Source of the DNA: an uncultured Cellvibrionaceae bacterium
GTDB taxonomy: Bacteria; Pseudomonadota; Gammaproteobacteria; Pseudomonadales; Cellvibrionaceae
Assembly: GCA_965652265.1 (NCBI GenBank)
Contig: CBFGUT010000001.1
Location: 1-52,761 of the forward strand
DNA length: 52,761 bases
Reading direction: 5' to 3'
Shown here one piece after another: positions 19,247 through 28,134 of the stretch (positions are counted from its first letter, which is position 1; every line of letters starts with the position of its first letter). A program made the position numbers and the translations under genes. The notes beneath the pieces were generated by a model that worked only from the letters and a program-made list of their open reading frames with translations, was not told the DNA's origin and did not search any database.

Positions 19247-19885
19247 ATGCGAAGAACCAAAGAAGACGCTGAAGCCACTCGGGTGGAGATTATCAAGGCT
19301 GGCTTGGGCATATTCGCCGCCAGTGGCCCGGCCGCTGCCAACCTGAACGCCATTGCCACCGCCGCCGGCGTTACCCGGGGGGCCATCTATTGGCATTTCA
19401 AAAACAAATGGGACCTGCTGGATGCCATCATCACTTACTTTACGGTACCGGTGAATACCTTTGGACTGGAGAGTGAAGAAGCCGAGCAAACCGATCCGCT
19501 GGGCGATATTCGCGACATGATTGTCAGCCTGCTGCGCAATACTGCCACCAACGACTACTACCGCCAGGTATTTACCCTGCAGGCACGGCTTAACACCATA
19601 CGGAGTCTGCCCGACAAGGACGCCCAGCAGGTCCACGCGCGTTTTCAGCAATTGATGGAAATGAAACATCGCTATCGCTGTATCGCGCTCAAAAATGCCA
19701 TCGACAAAGGCCAGCTTCCACCGGACCTGGATACCCAGGCCGGCGCCGCGGTAATCAGTGCCATGATTGAGGGCATGGTCACCAACGCCATGGCCATGCC
19801 CGACTTTTATCGCCTGGATCGGCGGGCCGAGCAATACGCGGACGTGGTGATTGCCGCACTAAAAGACGGGCTCAAGACAGTATAG
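19247..19885 (+). CDS. acrR: TetR-family repressor (AcrR/MexZ-like)
   Basis: MRRTKEDAEATR start; HTH AGVTRGAIYWHFKNK; divergent from the pump genes. Confidence 0.92.
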   Translation: MRRTKEDAEATRVEIIKAGLGIFAASGPAAANLNAIATAAGVTRGAIYWHFKNKWDLLDAIITYFTVPVNTFGLESEEAEQTDPLGDIRDMIVSLLRNTATNDYYRQVFTLQARLNTIRSLPDKDAQQVHARFQQLMEMKHRYRCIALKNAIDKGQLPPDLDTQAGAAVISAMIEGMVTNAMAMPDFYRLDRRAEQYADVVIAALKDGLKTV

Positions 19886-20166
19886 TTTGTCTGGCAGTCG
19901 CTGGCGGCCGAGAAATTTACGTCATCATGCCTAATGTTTTTAAGCATTCTGGGATAAGGCTTTATCAGACATTTCCTTCCTATGACATCTCGCTATTGAT
20001 AACAACAGCAAACATGTAATCCGTTTCACTGTTGTGTGCAGCTTGGCGTTGCAGCCATTGATCATTCGACGATTGCTGACAATTAAAAGTTACGTAAATT
20101 AGCTGATATAAACCGTATCTGGCATTATGCTTTCTGTCAGTCACGTAACCAATCTAAGAGTGCCAT

Positions 20167-21057
20167 ATGAAGCCTTATCGTATTTTTATTTTGTTATTTT
20201 CACTAACCATCATGAACACCTGCCTCGCCGAAACCCTGGCTTCCCGAGTTATAGAAGACGGCGGAAATGGCGAATACAGCGCCATTATGATGACCGATCC
20301 ATCGCTACCCACCCATACGGTGTTTCGACCCGAAGACTTTACCAGCCTCGGCAATACAAAGCTGCCCATTGTGGTCTGGGGCAACGGCGCCTGTTTTGAC
20401 TCTCCGTGGGAGCATGTCAATTTTCTCAATGAAATCGCCTCACACGGATTTCTGGTAATTGCCATTGGCACCATGCCCAAAGACAGCAATGAGAAAATTA
20501 CCGAGCGCTCCACCTCGGCAAAACTGACCGAAGCTATGGACTGGGCCATCGTGCAGAACAGTGATAAAAACAGTGTCTATCATCAGCGACTGGATACCGA
20601 TGCTATCGGTGTAGCGGGCATGTCCTGTGGCGGATTGCAAGCCCTGGAAGTGGCCGGCGATCCGCGAATTACCACACTCGGTGTTTTCAACAGCGGAATA
20701 TTTAACGAACCCATGCGCGAGCGACTTCCGGGCATACCCAACCTCGACAAAAGCCAACTGGAAAAAATCCACACGCCCACACTCTACCTGCTGGGTGGCA
20801 AGTCAGATATCGCCTATGAAAACGGCATGAACGACGTGGAGCGTATAAATCATGTACCAGTTTTTGTGGGTAACCTGGACGTTGGCCACGGCGGCACCTA
20901 CGCCCAACCACACGGCGGTGAATTTGCCAGAGTGGCAACCGCTTGGTTTCAGTGGCAACTGAAAAACGATAAGGAAGCAGCCAAGTTATTTACGGGCAAC
21001 CCGCCGGGACTGGCCAAAACGCCTGAATGGACCTATGACAAAAAGAATGTAGATTAA
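20167..21057 (+). CDS. Secreted alpha/beta-hydrolase (cutinase/chlorophyllase/PETase-like fold)
   Basis: Signal peptide; PIVVWGNG, nucleophile GMSCGG, GGKSDIA (Asp) and VGHGGT (His). Confidence 0.85.
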   Translation: MKPYRIFILLFSLTIMNTCLAETLASRVIEDGGNGEYSAIMMTDPSLPTHTVFRPEDFTSLGNTKLPIVVWGNGACFDSPWEHVNFLNEIASHGFLVIAIGTMPKDSNEKITERSTSAKLTEAMDWAIVQNSDKNSVYHQRLDTDAIGVAGMSCGGLQALEVAGDPRITTLGVFNSGIFNEPMRERLPGIPNLDKSQLEKIHTPTLYLLGGKSDIAYENGMNDVERINHVPVFVGNLDVGHGGTYAQPHGGEFARVATAWFQWQLKNDKEAAKLFTGNPPGLAKTPEWTYDKKNVD

Positions 21058-21081
21058 GTACTCTGAGCAATTTGTGCCCTT

Positions 21082-21106
21082 GGGGCTGGCAGACATTGTC
21101 GGCCCC
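21082..21106. terminator. Hairpin between convergent genes
   Basis: GGGGCTGGCA-GACAT-TGTCGGCCCC, with G-U pairs. Confidence 0.45.
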
Positions 21107-21136
21107 TGACAGGTTTAAAATTCTTCAAAATGCATT

Positions 21137-21466
21137 TTAATAGCCATTATTTTCCAACCACTGCTTGTCGAGTGCCTTAGCCGTATAATTGCGTATCAAT
21201 TCCGGTGAATCTGCCAGGTCGCACGACACCTTTATGGACTCGGGGTCAATGCGTTGAAAATTCACCTGATAATGACTGAGGACCTTTTCGAGGTTATCAA
21301 AAGAGGGCTTACTTTCCAGGGATCGATCGATAGGCCAGGTGTCGCCATCCCACTCATTCCTTGGGTGGAAGGTCGCCATATTATCTTCATCACACACAGA
21401 GCCTTCCACATCCTTGGCACACGCCGAACACAAGGTCACTAAAAATAGAAAAAGTCCATAGCGCAT
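21137..21466 (-). CDS. Hypothetical small lipoprotein
   Basis: Signal ending CSAC; 109 aa; no family recognised. Confidence 0.65.
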   Translation of the reverse strand: MRYGLFLFLVTLCSACAKDVEGSVCDEDNMATFHPRNEWDGDTWPIDRSLESKPSFDNLEKVLSHYQVNFQRIDPESIKVSCDLADSPELIRNYTAKALDKQWLENNGY

Positions 21467-21520
21467 AGCTCAGTCTCTAGTGACATATTAAGATGAAGCC
21501 AAACTTTCACTGCACTCAAA

Positions 21521-22483
21521 TCAATAATTGTTACTCAAAATTGACGCAAACACACTGGAATCAACATTACCGCCCGAGGCACTTACAGCAATATTGCGAC
21601 CCGTATTCCGATGGCGCTCCTGTAAAGCGGCCGCCGTGGCGGCCGCCCCCGCGCCTTCACAGACATTATGGGTGGATTCAAAGAGTATGCGCATAGCGGC
21701 CGCCACTTCTTGATCCGTCACGGTCACCACACGATCCACTCCGTGCCAAATCATTTCCAGCGCTTCCGGCTCAGGGACTCTACAGGCCATGCCATCGGCA
21801 AGCTTGGTACTGGCGGCCGATTCGGTGGGTTGCCGGGAAACAAACGATTCGTAATAGGCTTTGGCGTGGGTCGATACCACGCCCACAATTTGCGTTTTCA
21901 AACCGAGCGCATCACGCGCCGCTATCATCCCGCAAATGCCCGACCCCAGGCCAATAGGCACATAGATAACGTCCAGGTCACTGACGGCCTGCAACAACTC
22001 CAAACTGTAGGTCGCCACACCGGTTACCAGCGAGGGGTGGAACGAGGGCATCATATGCAGCCCCTTTGTCTGGGCCAGCCTTATTGCCTCTTCCCTGGCT
22101 TCCTGAAAATCGCTGCCATATTCGATTAGTTCAACCCCGAGGGCGCGCATAGCGGCATTCTTTTCAGTGCTACTCCCCTCAGGCACCACCACCGTGGCCG
22201 GCACGCCATGATGCCTGGCGGCGAAACCCAGCGACTGCCCGTGATTGCCACGGGTAGCACTGATAACGCCACGATCCAGAACGCCTGAATCCATATGCGT
22301 GGCAAAGTAGACCAAGCCGCCACGGATTTTGAATGCGCCTACAGGCGTATGATTCTCGTGCTTAACCCACACCTCTGTACCCAGATGTTCACAGAGTAGC
22401 GGCCAGCAATATTGGGGCGTAGGTGACATGCTCTTGTAAACGATGTCGGCCGCCGATTGAATATCGTTCAAAGTAATTTTCAA
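21521..22483 (-). CDS. PLP-dependent serine/threonine dehydratase-family enzyme (no regulatory domain)
   Basis: KHEN...GAFKIRGG (PLP lysine), TRGNHGQ, PIGLGSG and SGGNVD; TTG start behind GGAG. Confidence 0.9.
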   Translation of the reverse strand: MKITLNDIQSAADIVYKSMSPTPQYCWPLLCEHLGTEVWVKHENHTPVGAFKIRGGLVYFATHMDSGVLDRGVISATRGNHGQSLGFAARHHGVPATVVVPEGSSTEKNAAMRALGVELIEYGSDFQEAREEAIRLAQTKGLHMMPSFHPSLVTGVATYSLELLQAVSDLDVIYVPIGLGSGICGMIAARDALGLKTQIVGVVSTHAKAYYESFVSRQPTESAASTKLADGMACRVPEPEALEMIWHGVDRVVTVTDQEVAAAMRILFESTHNVCEGAGAAATAAALQERHRNTGRNIAVSASGGNVDSSVFASILSNNY

Positions 22484-22532
22484 TAGAGCACTCCGAATAA
22501 CCGATGCCTATGGCTACACATTAAAACCGACA

Positions 22533-23003
22533 TTAATTTTTTGCCTTTCCAGCCTCTAAAATGGGAAGCCCTGCTTCCGTGGGCACATAGATGCGTTCAC
22601 CCTTACCATCCTGGAGGCCTTTGATCCAGATATATCGCAGGTATTCTTCGTTATCCTTAAGAGATTGGCCAATAATGCGGTTGGCCTCTGCCGCTGCCTT
22701 CGCCCGCTCGATATCGGCCTGACCCTCAGCTTTTGCTCTGGCGATTTGCGCTTTTCCTTCTGCCTCTGCCAGGGTGACCTTGGCCTTGGCCTGCATCAAT
22801 GCTGCTTGCTCTTTCGCTTTGGCTTCCTCTATTAAAATCTGCTTGGACCATTCGGCCTCTTTCAATGCCGCGCGGCCATTCAGCTCCTGTCTGTATACGT
22901 TGTACTTTGGCCATACCCAAAAGGCCAAAACAATAACAAGGCAAGTGACAATCACTAAAAGCATTAAAGTGCCCAAGGCCAAAGCCTGTCTATTCTGATA
23001 CAT
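22533..23003 (-). CDS. Single-TM coiled-coil membrane protein resembling an SPFH/HflC-type C-terminal region
   Basis: One TM helix, A/E/K-rich AEAEG-type repeats and C-terminal IYVPTEAGLPILEAGK; GGGGAG RBS. Confidence 0.8.
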   Translation of the reverse strand: MYQNRQALALGTLMLLVIVTCLVIVLAFWVWPKYNVYRQELNGRAALKEAEWSKQILIEEAKAKEQAALMQAKAKVTLAEAEGKAQIARAKAEGQADIERAKAAAEANRIIGQSLKDNEEYLRYIWIKGLQDGKGERIYVPTEAGLPILEAGKAKN

Positions 23004-23061
23004 TTTTTCTCCCCCGGATGGGCAGATGCCCAGTTAATTTATTCTCTAGCACTAGTCTTCA

Positions 23062-23493
23062 TTAAATTTTATAACTACTTTTTTGAACTCTGAATGTCAT
23101 TTTTAAAATCCATATACCAATCAGCACTCCCGATCCCATTGCCGCTGGAGCGAGTGCCAGCACTTCAAAACCTCTTTCACCAATAAAATCAGCTGCAACT
23201 CCACACAGACCGCTAATGACCAGGATTACACCTCCAAAATGGAAAAAATATTCCGGGTGGGAAAAATCGAAAGGGTTAGATGTCCAGCGCGGAGGATCAA
23301 ATTCCAATTTCCGCCTCAGCAGCACCTTCAATATTAACAGCCCTAGGATAATCATTAATGGAAAAACCAGAACCCCAGCCCATACTACTTCCCACCCAAT
23401 ATCCAGCTCGGCATCGACCCTATAGCCTCCCAATATAGCGCCAATTGAAGCAATGAGGATAAGCAATATTTTTACTGTGGGCCAAACATCCAT
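23062..23493 (-). CDS. Hypothetical membrane protein
   Basis: Four hydrophobic segments; AAGGA RBS; AT-rich. Confidence 0.7.
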   Translation of the reverse strand: MDVWPTVKILLILIASIGAILGGYRVDAELDIGWEVVWAGVLVFPLMIILGLLILKVLLRRKLEFDPPRWTSNPFDFSHPEYFFHFGGVILVISGLCGVAADFIGERGFEVLALAPAAMGSGVLIGIWILKMTFRVQKSSYKI

Positions 23494-23629
23494 AACGAGA
23501 AATAATTCCTTTAAATCTAAGCCTTAGTGTACAGCCAGACTTCAAAAATAAAGCTTGTTTCAAATTAATTTTTATAAATTTCGCTATGTAAGCATGCGTA
23601 GAATCAAATTAACCAATGGGTGGGTAATA

Positions 23630-23667
23630 AAAATCTCGGCGATCACCGAGGGCTCGATGATCGCCGA
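23630..23667 (-). terminator. Terminator of acnA
   Basis: Hairpin TCGGCGATCA...TGATCGCCGA followed by a T-rich tail on the - strand. Confidence 0.6.
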
Positions 23668-23684
23668 TTCAATGGCTCGATCTT

Positions 23685-26420
23685 TTACGCCAATTGCCGC
23701 AAAACGTAGTGCAGAATGCCGCCGTGACGGTAGTAGTCCCACTCCACAGCGGTGTCGATGCGCACGTCCACCTCGAAGTCCACGCTCTTGCCGTCGTCCT
23801 TTTTAGCGGTGACTTTGAGGCTTTTAGGCTCTCCCTCCAACTGTTCGATATCGAAGGTTTCCTTGCCATCCAGCCCCAGGCTGTCGGCACTGTCACCCTC
23901 CTGGAACTGCAGTGGCAGTACACCAAAGCCCACCAGGTTGGAGCGGTGGATGCGCTCGTAGCTCTGGGCAATGACGGCCTTGATGCCAAGCAGATTGGTG
24001 CCCTTGGCAGCCCAGTCGCGGCTGGAGCCAGTACCGTATTCCTTGCCAGCGAGTACGATCAGCGGCGTCTTGTCGGCCAAATATTTTTGCGAGGCCTCGT
24101 AGATGCTCATCTGCTCGTCGCTGGGGATGTGGGTGGTCCAACCCCCCTCGGTGCCCGGTGCCAACTGGTTTTTCAGGCGCACATTGGCAAAGGTGCCGCG
24201 CACCATCACCTCGTGGTTACCACGGCGCGAGCCGTAGCTATTGAAGTCTTCCGTTTTCACGCCCTGCTCGTTGAGGTATTGCCCCGCCGGGCTGTCGGGT
24301 TTGATGGCGCCCGCCGGCGAAATATGGTCGGTGGTAATGGAGTCGCCCACCTTAACCAGGCAGCGGGCGTTCTCAATCACCGGCACCGGCGGTAGGTCCA
24401 TATCCATGCCCTCGAAATAGGGCGGTTTTTTCACATAAGTGGACTCCGGCCAGCTGTAGATTTCCTCCTTCGGTGCTGGCAGTGCGCGCCAGTCGTCGGT
24501 GCCGGCAAAGACATCGGCGTATTTTTCTTTATAGAGGCCCTCGGTCATGGCGCCGGCAATGGTGTCGGCCACTTCCTGCGGATTGGGCCAGATATCCTTG
24601 AGGTACACTGGCTTGCCATCCCCGTCTTCACCCAGGGAATCGTTGAGCAGATCCACATTCATATTACCCGCCAGCGCGTAAGCCACCACCAGCGGCGGCG
24701 AAGCCAGATAGTTGGCGCGCACGTCCTGGTGGATACGACCCTCGAAATTGCGGTTGCCGGAGAGCACACCCGCCACCAATAAGTCGCCGGCACGAATGGC
24801 ATTCTTAATGGGTGTGGGCAGGGGGCCAGAGTTACCGATACAGGTGGTACAGCCAAAACCGACAATATCAAAGCCCAGCTCCGCCAGCGGCTTCAGCAGG
24901 CCGGCGTTTTTCATATAAGCGGGTACCACTTGTGAACCGGGTGCAAAGGAGGTTTTTACCCAGGGCTTGACCTTGAGGCCGCGCTCGCGCGCTTTTTGCG
25001 CCACCAGCCCCGCCGCTACCAGCACTGCCGGGTTGGAGGTGTTGGTACAGGAGGTTATCGCCGCAATCACCACGGAGCCGTGACGAAGCGGGAAGGTCTC
25101 GCCATTCATTTCCACTTCAATGGCGCCACTCTCGTGGAGATTGGTGTTATCGATGGCGGTTTGCCCGCCCTCATCCACAAAACGCGAGGCATCGCGGCTG
25201 GCCACGGTATCCGCCTGGCGCGCCTTTTCCGCTTCTTCCAGCTTGGCGAACTCGGTACTGGCATCGGTGAGGGCGATGCGATCCTGCGGCCGCTTGGGGC
25301 CGGCGAGGCTGGGCACCACATCGCCCAGATCCAGGTGCAAGGTATCGCTGTAGTCCGCCACCGGATCGTCGTCGCTGCGCCACAATCCCTGGGCTTTGGC
25401 ATAGGTCTCCACCAGCTCGATCTGCTCCTCTTCGCGGCCCGTGAGACGCAGGTAGCGCAGAGTCTCGTCATCGATGGGAAAAATGCCGCAGGTGGCGCCA
25501 TATTCGGGGGACATATTGGCGATGGTGGCGCGGTCCGCCAGCGGCAGACGCGCCAGGCCGGGACCATAGAATTCCACAAACTTGCCCACCACGCCGCGCT
25601 CGCGCAGCATTTGCGTTACCGTGAGCACCAGGTCAGTGGCGGTGGCCGAGGGCGGCAGCTCGCCCTTTAGCTCAAAGCCCACCACCTCGGGAATCAGCAT
25701 GGTCACGGGCTGGCCCAGCATGGCAGCTTCGGCCTCGATACCACCCACGCCCCAGCCCAGCACCCCCAGGCCGTTGATCATAGTGGTGTGGGAGTCGGTG
25801 CCCACCAGGGTGTCCAGCAGCGCCAGGGTCTCGCCGTCGCGCTCTTCGGTAAGCACCACCTTGGCCAGGTATTCCAGATTCACCTGATGCACGATGCCGG
25901 TGCCCGGCGGCACCACGCGGAAGTTGGAGAAGGCCTGCTGGCCCCAGCGTAAAAACTGGTAGCGCTCGCGGTTGCGCTCGAACTCCTTTTCGGTGTTCTT
26001 GGCGAGCGCATCGGGGGAGCCGAAATAGTCCACCATCACCGAGTGGTCGATCACCAGATCCACCGCGCCCAGCGGGTTGATCTTGGCCGGATCGCCCCTG
26101 AGAGCGCCCATAGCGTCGCGCATGGCGGCCAGATCCACCACCGCCGGCACGCCGGTAAAATCCTGCAACACCACGCGGGCCGGGGTAAAGTTCACCTGCT
26201 CGCTGGCCTTGTCCGAGCCGCGCCAGCGGCACAGAGTCTCGATGTCCCTGGCGCTGACATTCTTGCCATCCTCCTTACGCAGCAGGTTTTCCAGCAGAAT
26301 CTTGAGACAGAAAGGCAGGCGCCCCAGCTCAAACTTGTCGGCCAGGGCGTCCAGGCGGTAAATCACATAGTCCTTACCACCCACGGATAGAGTACTTTTT
26401 GCGCCAAAACTATTACTCAC
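23685..26420 (-). CDS. acnA: Aconitate hydratase A
   Basis: [31 protein letters not shown] and [10 protein letters not shown] motifs; GTG start at 26420 behind GGAGG. Confidence 0.97.
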   Translation of the reverse strand: MSNSFGAKSTLSVGGKDYVIYRLDALADKFELGRLPFCLKILLENLLRKEDGKNVSARDIETLCRWRGSDKASEQVNFTPARVVLQDFTGVPAVVDLAAMRDAMGALRGDPAKINPLGAVDLVIDHSVMVDYFGSPDALAKNTEKEFERNRERYQFLRWGQQAFSNFRVVPPGTGIVHQVNLEYLAKVVLTEERDGETLALLDTLVGTDSHTTMINGLGVLGWGVGGIEAEAAMLGQPVTMLIPEVVGFELKGELPPSATATDLVLTVTQMLRERGVVGKFVEFYGPGLARLPLADRATIANMSPEYGATCGIFPIDDETLRYLRLTGREEEQIELVETYAKAQGLWRSDDDPVADYSDTLHLDLGDVVPSLAGPKRPQDRIALTDASTEFAKLEEAEKARQADTVASRDASRFVDEGGQTAIDNTNLHESGAIEVEMNGETFPLRHGSVVIAAITSCTNTSNPAVLVAAGLVAQKARERGLKVKPWVKTSFAPGSQVVPAYMKNAGLLKPLAELGFDIVGFGCTTCIGNSGPLPTPIKNAIRAGDLLVAGVLSGNRNFEGRIHQDVRANYLASPPLVVAYALAGNMNVDLLNDSLGEDGDGKPVYLKDIWPNPQEVADTIAGAMTEGLYKEKYADVFAGTDDWRALPAPKEEIYSWPESTYVKKPPYFEGMDMDLPPVPVIENARCLVKVGDSITTDHISPAGAIKPDSPAGQYLNEQGVKTEDFNSYGSRRGNHEVMVRGTFANVRLKNQLAPGTEGGWTTHIPSDEQMSIYEASQKYLADKTPLIVLAGKEYGTGSSRDWAAKGTNLLGIKAVIAQSYERIHRSNLVGFGVLPLQFQEGDSADSLGLDGKETFDIEQLEGEPKSLKVTAKKDDGKSVDFEVDVRIDTAVEWDYYRHGGILHYVLRQLA

Positions 26421-26526
26421 CTGAGCCTCCTTTGAATACATCATGGAAAAACTCAAGTGTAGCAGGCTTGGCCGCCGCATATCATGACGAGGGCTGCGGG
26501 TGTGACACAGGCGAATGATGCCAGCA

Positions 26527-28032
26527 TCAACCCGCGCAGTGTCGGGCGATATAGTCCTCGTGGCGCTGCAGACTGTCTGCACCGGTGGCAATGGTGTCGC
26601 GCATTTTCGCCATCACCGCACGCAGGCGATTCAGATCGTAGGTATCCACCAGCGGATCGTAGCGGCTGGGTACAATGCCCTGACCCTCGAACACCGCCAC
26701 CCAACTGGTATCGGCAAACAGTTCCTCGTCATAACGAAACACCCGCCCCCGGCTTTTATAGAGATCCAGCTTGTGCTGCAGGGTATCGGGTATGGGCATT
26801 TCGCGCGTGTATTGCCACAGCGGCTCCTGCCGCTCATTGGCCATATAGTGCAACACCAGGAAATCGCGAATACGAATAAACTCGGTCTCGGTAAGCCGGT
26901 TGTATTCGGCGATATCCACCGGGTCGAAGGCGCGGTCGGGAAAAACCGTCATCAACTTGGCGACCGCTGTCTGGATCAGGTGAATACTGGTGGATTCCAG
27001 CGGCTCCATAAAACCGGCTGCCAGACCAATGGCCAAGCAGTTCTTGTTCCAAAACTGCTTGCGACGGCCGGTGGTAAAGCGCAGAAATTTTGGCTCCGCC
27101 AGGGGTTCGCCGTCAAGGTTATCCAGCAGCGTGGCAGCGGCCTCGTCGTCGCTCAGGTACTGGCTGCAATAGACATGGCCATTACCCAGGCGGTGCTGCA
27201 AGGGGATGCGCCACTGCCATCCGGCAGCCTGGGCGATGGAGCGGGTATAGGGCGGTGGCGGTCCGTTGCTGGCGCAGGGTATGGCCACAGCGCGGTCACA
27301 GGGCAGATAGTGGGTCCAGTCCTCATAGCCTGTCTGCAAAGCCTCTTCAATCAACAACCCCTTGAAGCCGGTACAGTCGATAAAAAAGTCCGCCTGCAAT
27401 CGCGAACCATCGTCCAGCACCACGGCATCGATAAAACCATTGTCGGGCTTCAGTTCCACGCCCTGCACTGTACGCGCCAGACGAGTAACGCCGCGCGCCT
27501 CCGCGTATTGGCGCAGGTACTCGGCATAGAGCCCGGCATCGAAGTGGTAGGCATAAGCCATATTGGAGAGCACCGAGCGCGGGTTGGCGTCCGGTGGCGC
27601 AAAGCGCCCCTTATTGGCCGCCACGGCTGGCAGACTGTACTGGCCCAGGTCGTCGTCTTCGCCCAACAGGTGCATTTTGCGCCAGTACTGGTGAAAGGGC
27701 ACTGCATCGATATCCGCCCCGTAGCGGCCAAAGGGGTGAAAGTAAGTGTGCCCGGGACGTCGCCAACCGGCGAACTCGATACCCAGTTTAAAAGTGCCCT
27801 TGGTGGCGCGCACAAAATCGTTTTCATCCAGTTGCAACATGCGATTAAACAACTGGATGGGCGGAATGGTCGCCTCACCCACACCCACGCTGGAAATGTC
27901 CGGCGATTCCACCAGTGTGACCTGGCAGGGATGGTTCTTGAGGGTACGCCCCAAGGCCGCAGCGGCCATCCAGCCGGCAGTGCCGCCGCCAATGATGGCA
28001 ATGCTGCGAATAAAATTGTCCGGATAACTCAT
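26527..28032 (-). CDS. Flavin-dependent halogenase (tryptophan halogenase family)
   Basis: [19 protein letters not shown] (catalytic Lys position), WQWRIP and [11 protein letters not shown]. Confidence 0.93.
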   Translation of the reverse strand: MSYPDNFIRSIAIIGGGTAGWMAAAALGRTLKNHPCQVTLVESPDISSVGVGEATIPPIQLFNRMLQLDENDFVRATKGTFKLGIEFAGWRRPGHTYFHPFGRYGADIDAVPFHQYWRKMHLLGEDDDLGQYSLPAVAANKGRFAPPDANPRSVLSNMAYAYHFDAGLYAEYLRQYAEARGVTRLARTVQGVELKPDNGFIDAVVLDDGSRLQADFFIDCTGFKGLLIEEALQTGYEDWTHYLPCDRAVAIPCASNGPPPPYTRSIAQAAGWQWRIPLQHRLGNGHVYCSQYLSDDEAAATLLDNLDGEPLAEPKFLRFTTGRRKQFWNKNCLAIGLAAGFMEPLESTSIHLIQTAVAKLMTVFPDRAFDPVDIAEYNRLTETEFIRIRDFLVLHYMANERQEPLWQYTREMPIPDTLQHKLDLYKSRGRVFRYDEELFADTSWVAVFEGQGIVPSRYDPLVDTYDLNRLRAVMAKMRDTIATGADSLQRHEDYIARHCAG

Positions 28033-28042
28033 GGTTTATCTC

Positions 28043-28085
28043 AAAAAAAAGGGCGTTCGCCCGGCACTATGCCATACGAACGCCC
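28043..28085 (-). terminator. Terminator-like hairpin between the TonB receptor and halogenase genes
   Basis: GGGCGTTCG...CGAACGCCC stem plus A8 on the + strand (U8 on the - strand). Confidence 0.65.
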
Positions 28086-28134
28086 GAGAGGTCATGGGGG
28101 CCGGAGCAGCCCCCTACTCCATGTATCCCGCAGA

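Noticed and set aside
21137-23493. Integron cassette array
   Set aside because: The genes are co-oriented and AT-richer, but I found no attC (RYYYAAC...GTTRRRY) palindromes and no integrase.
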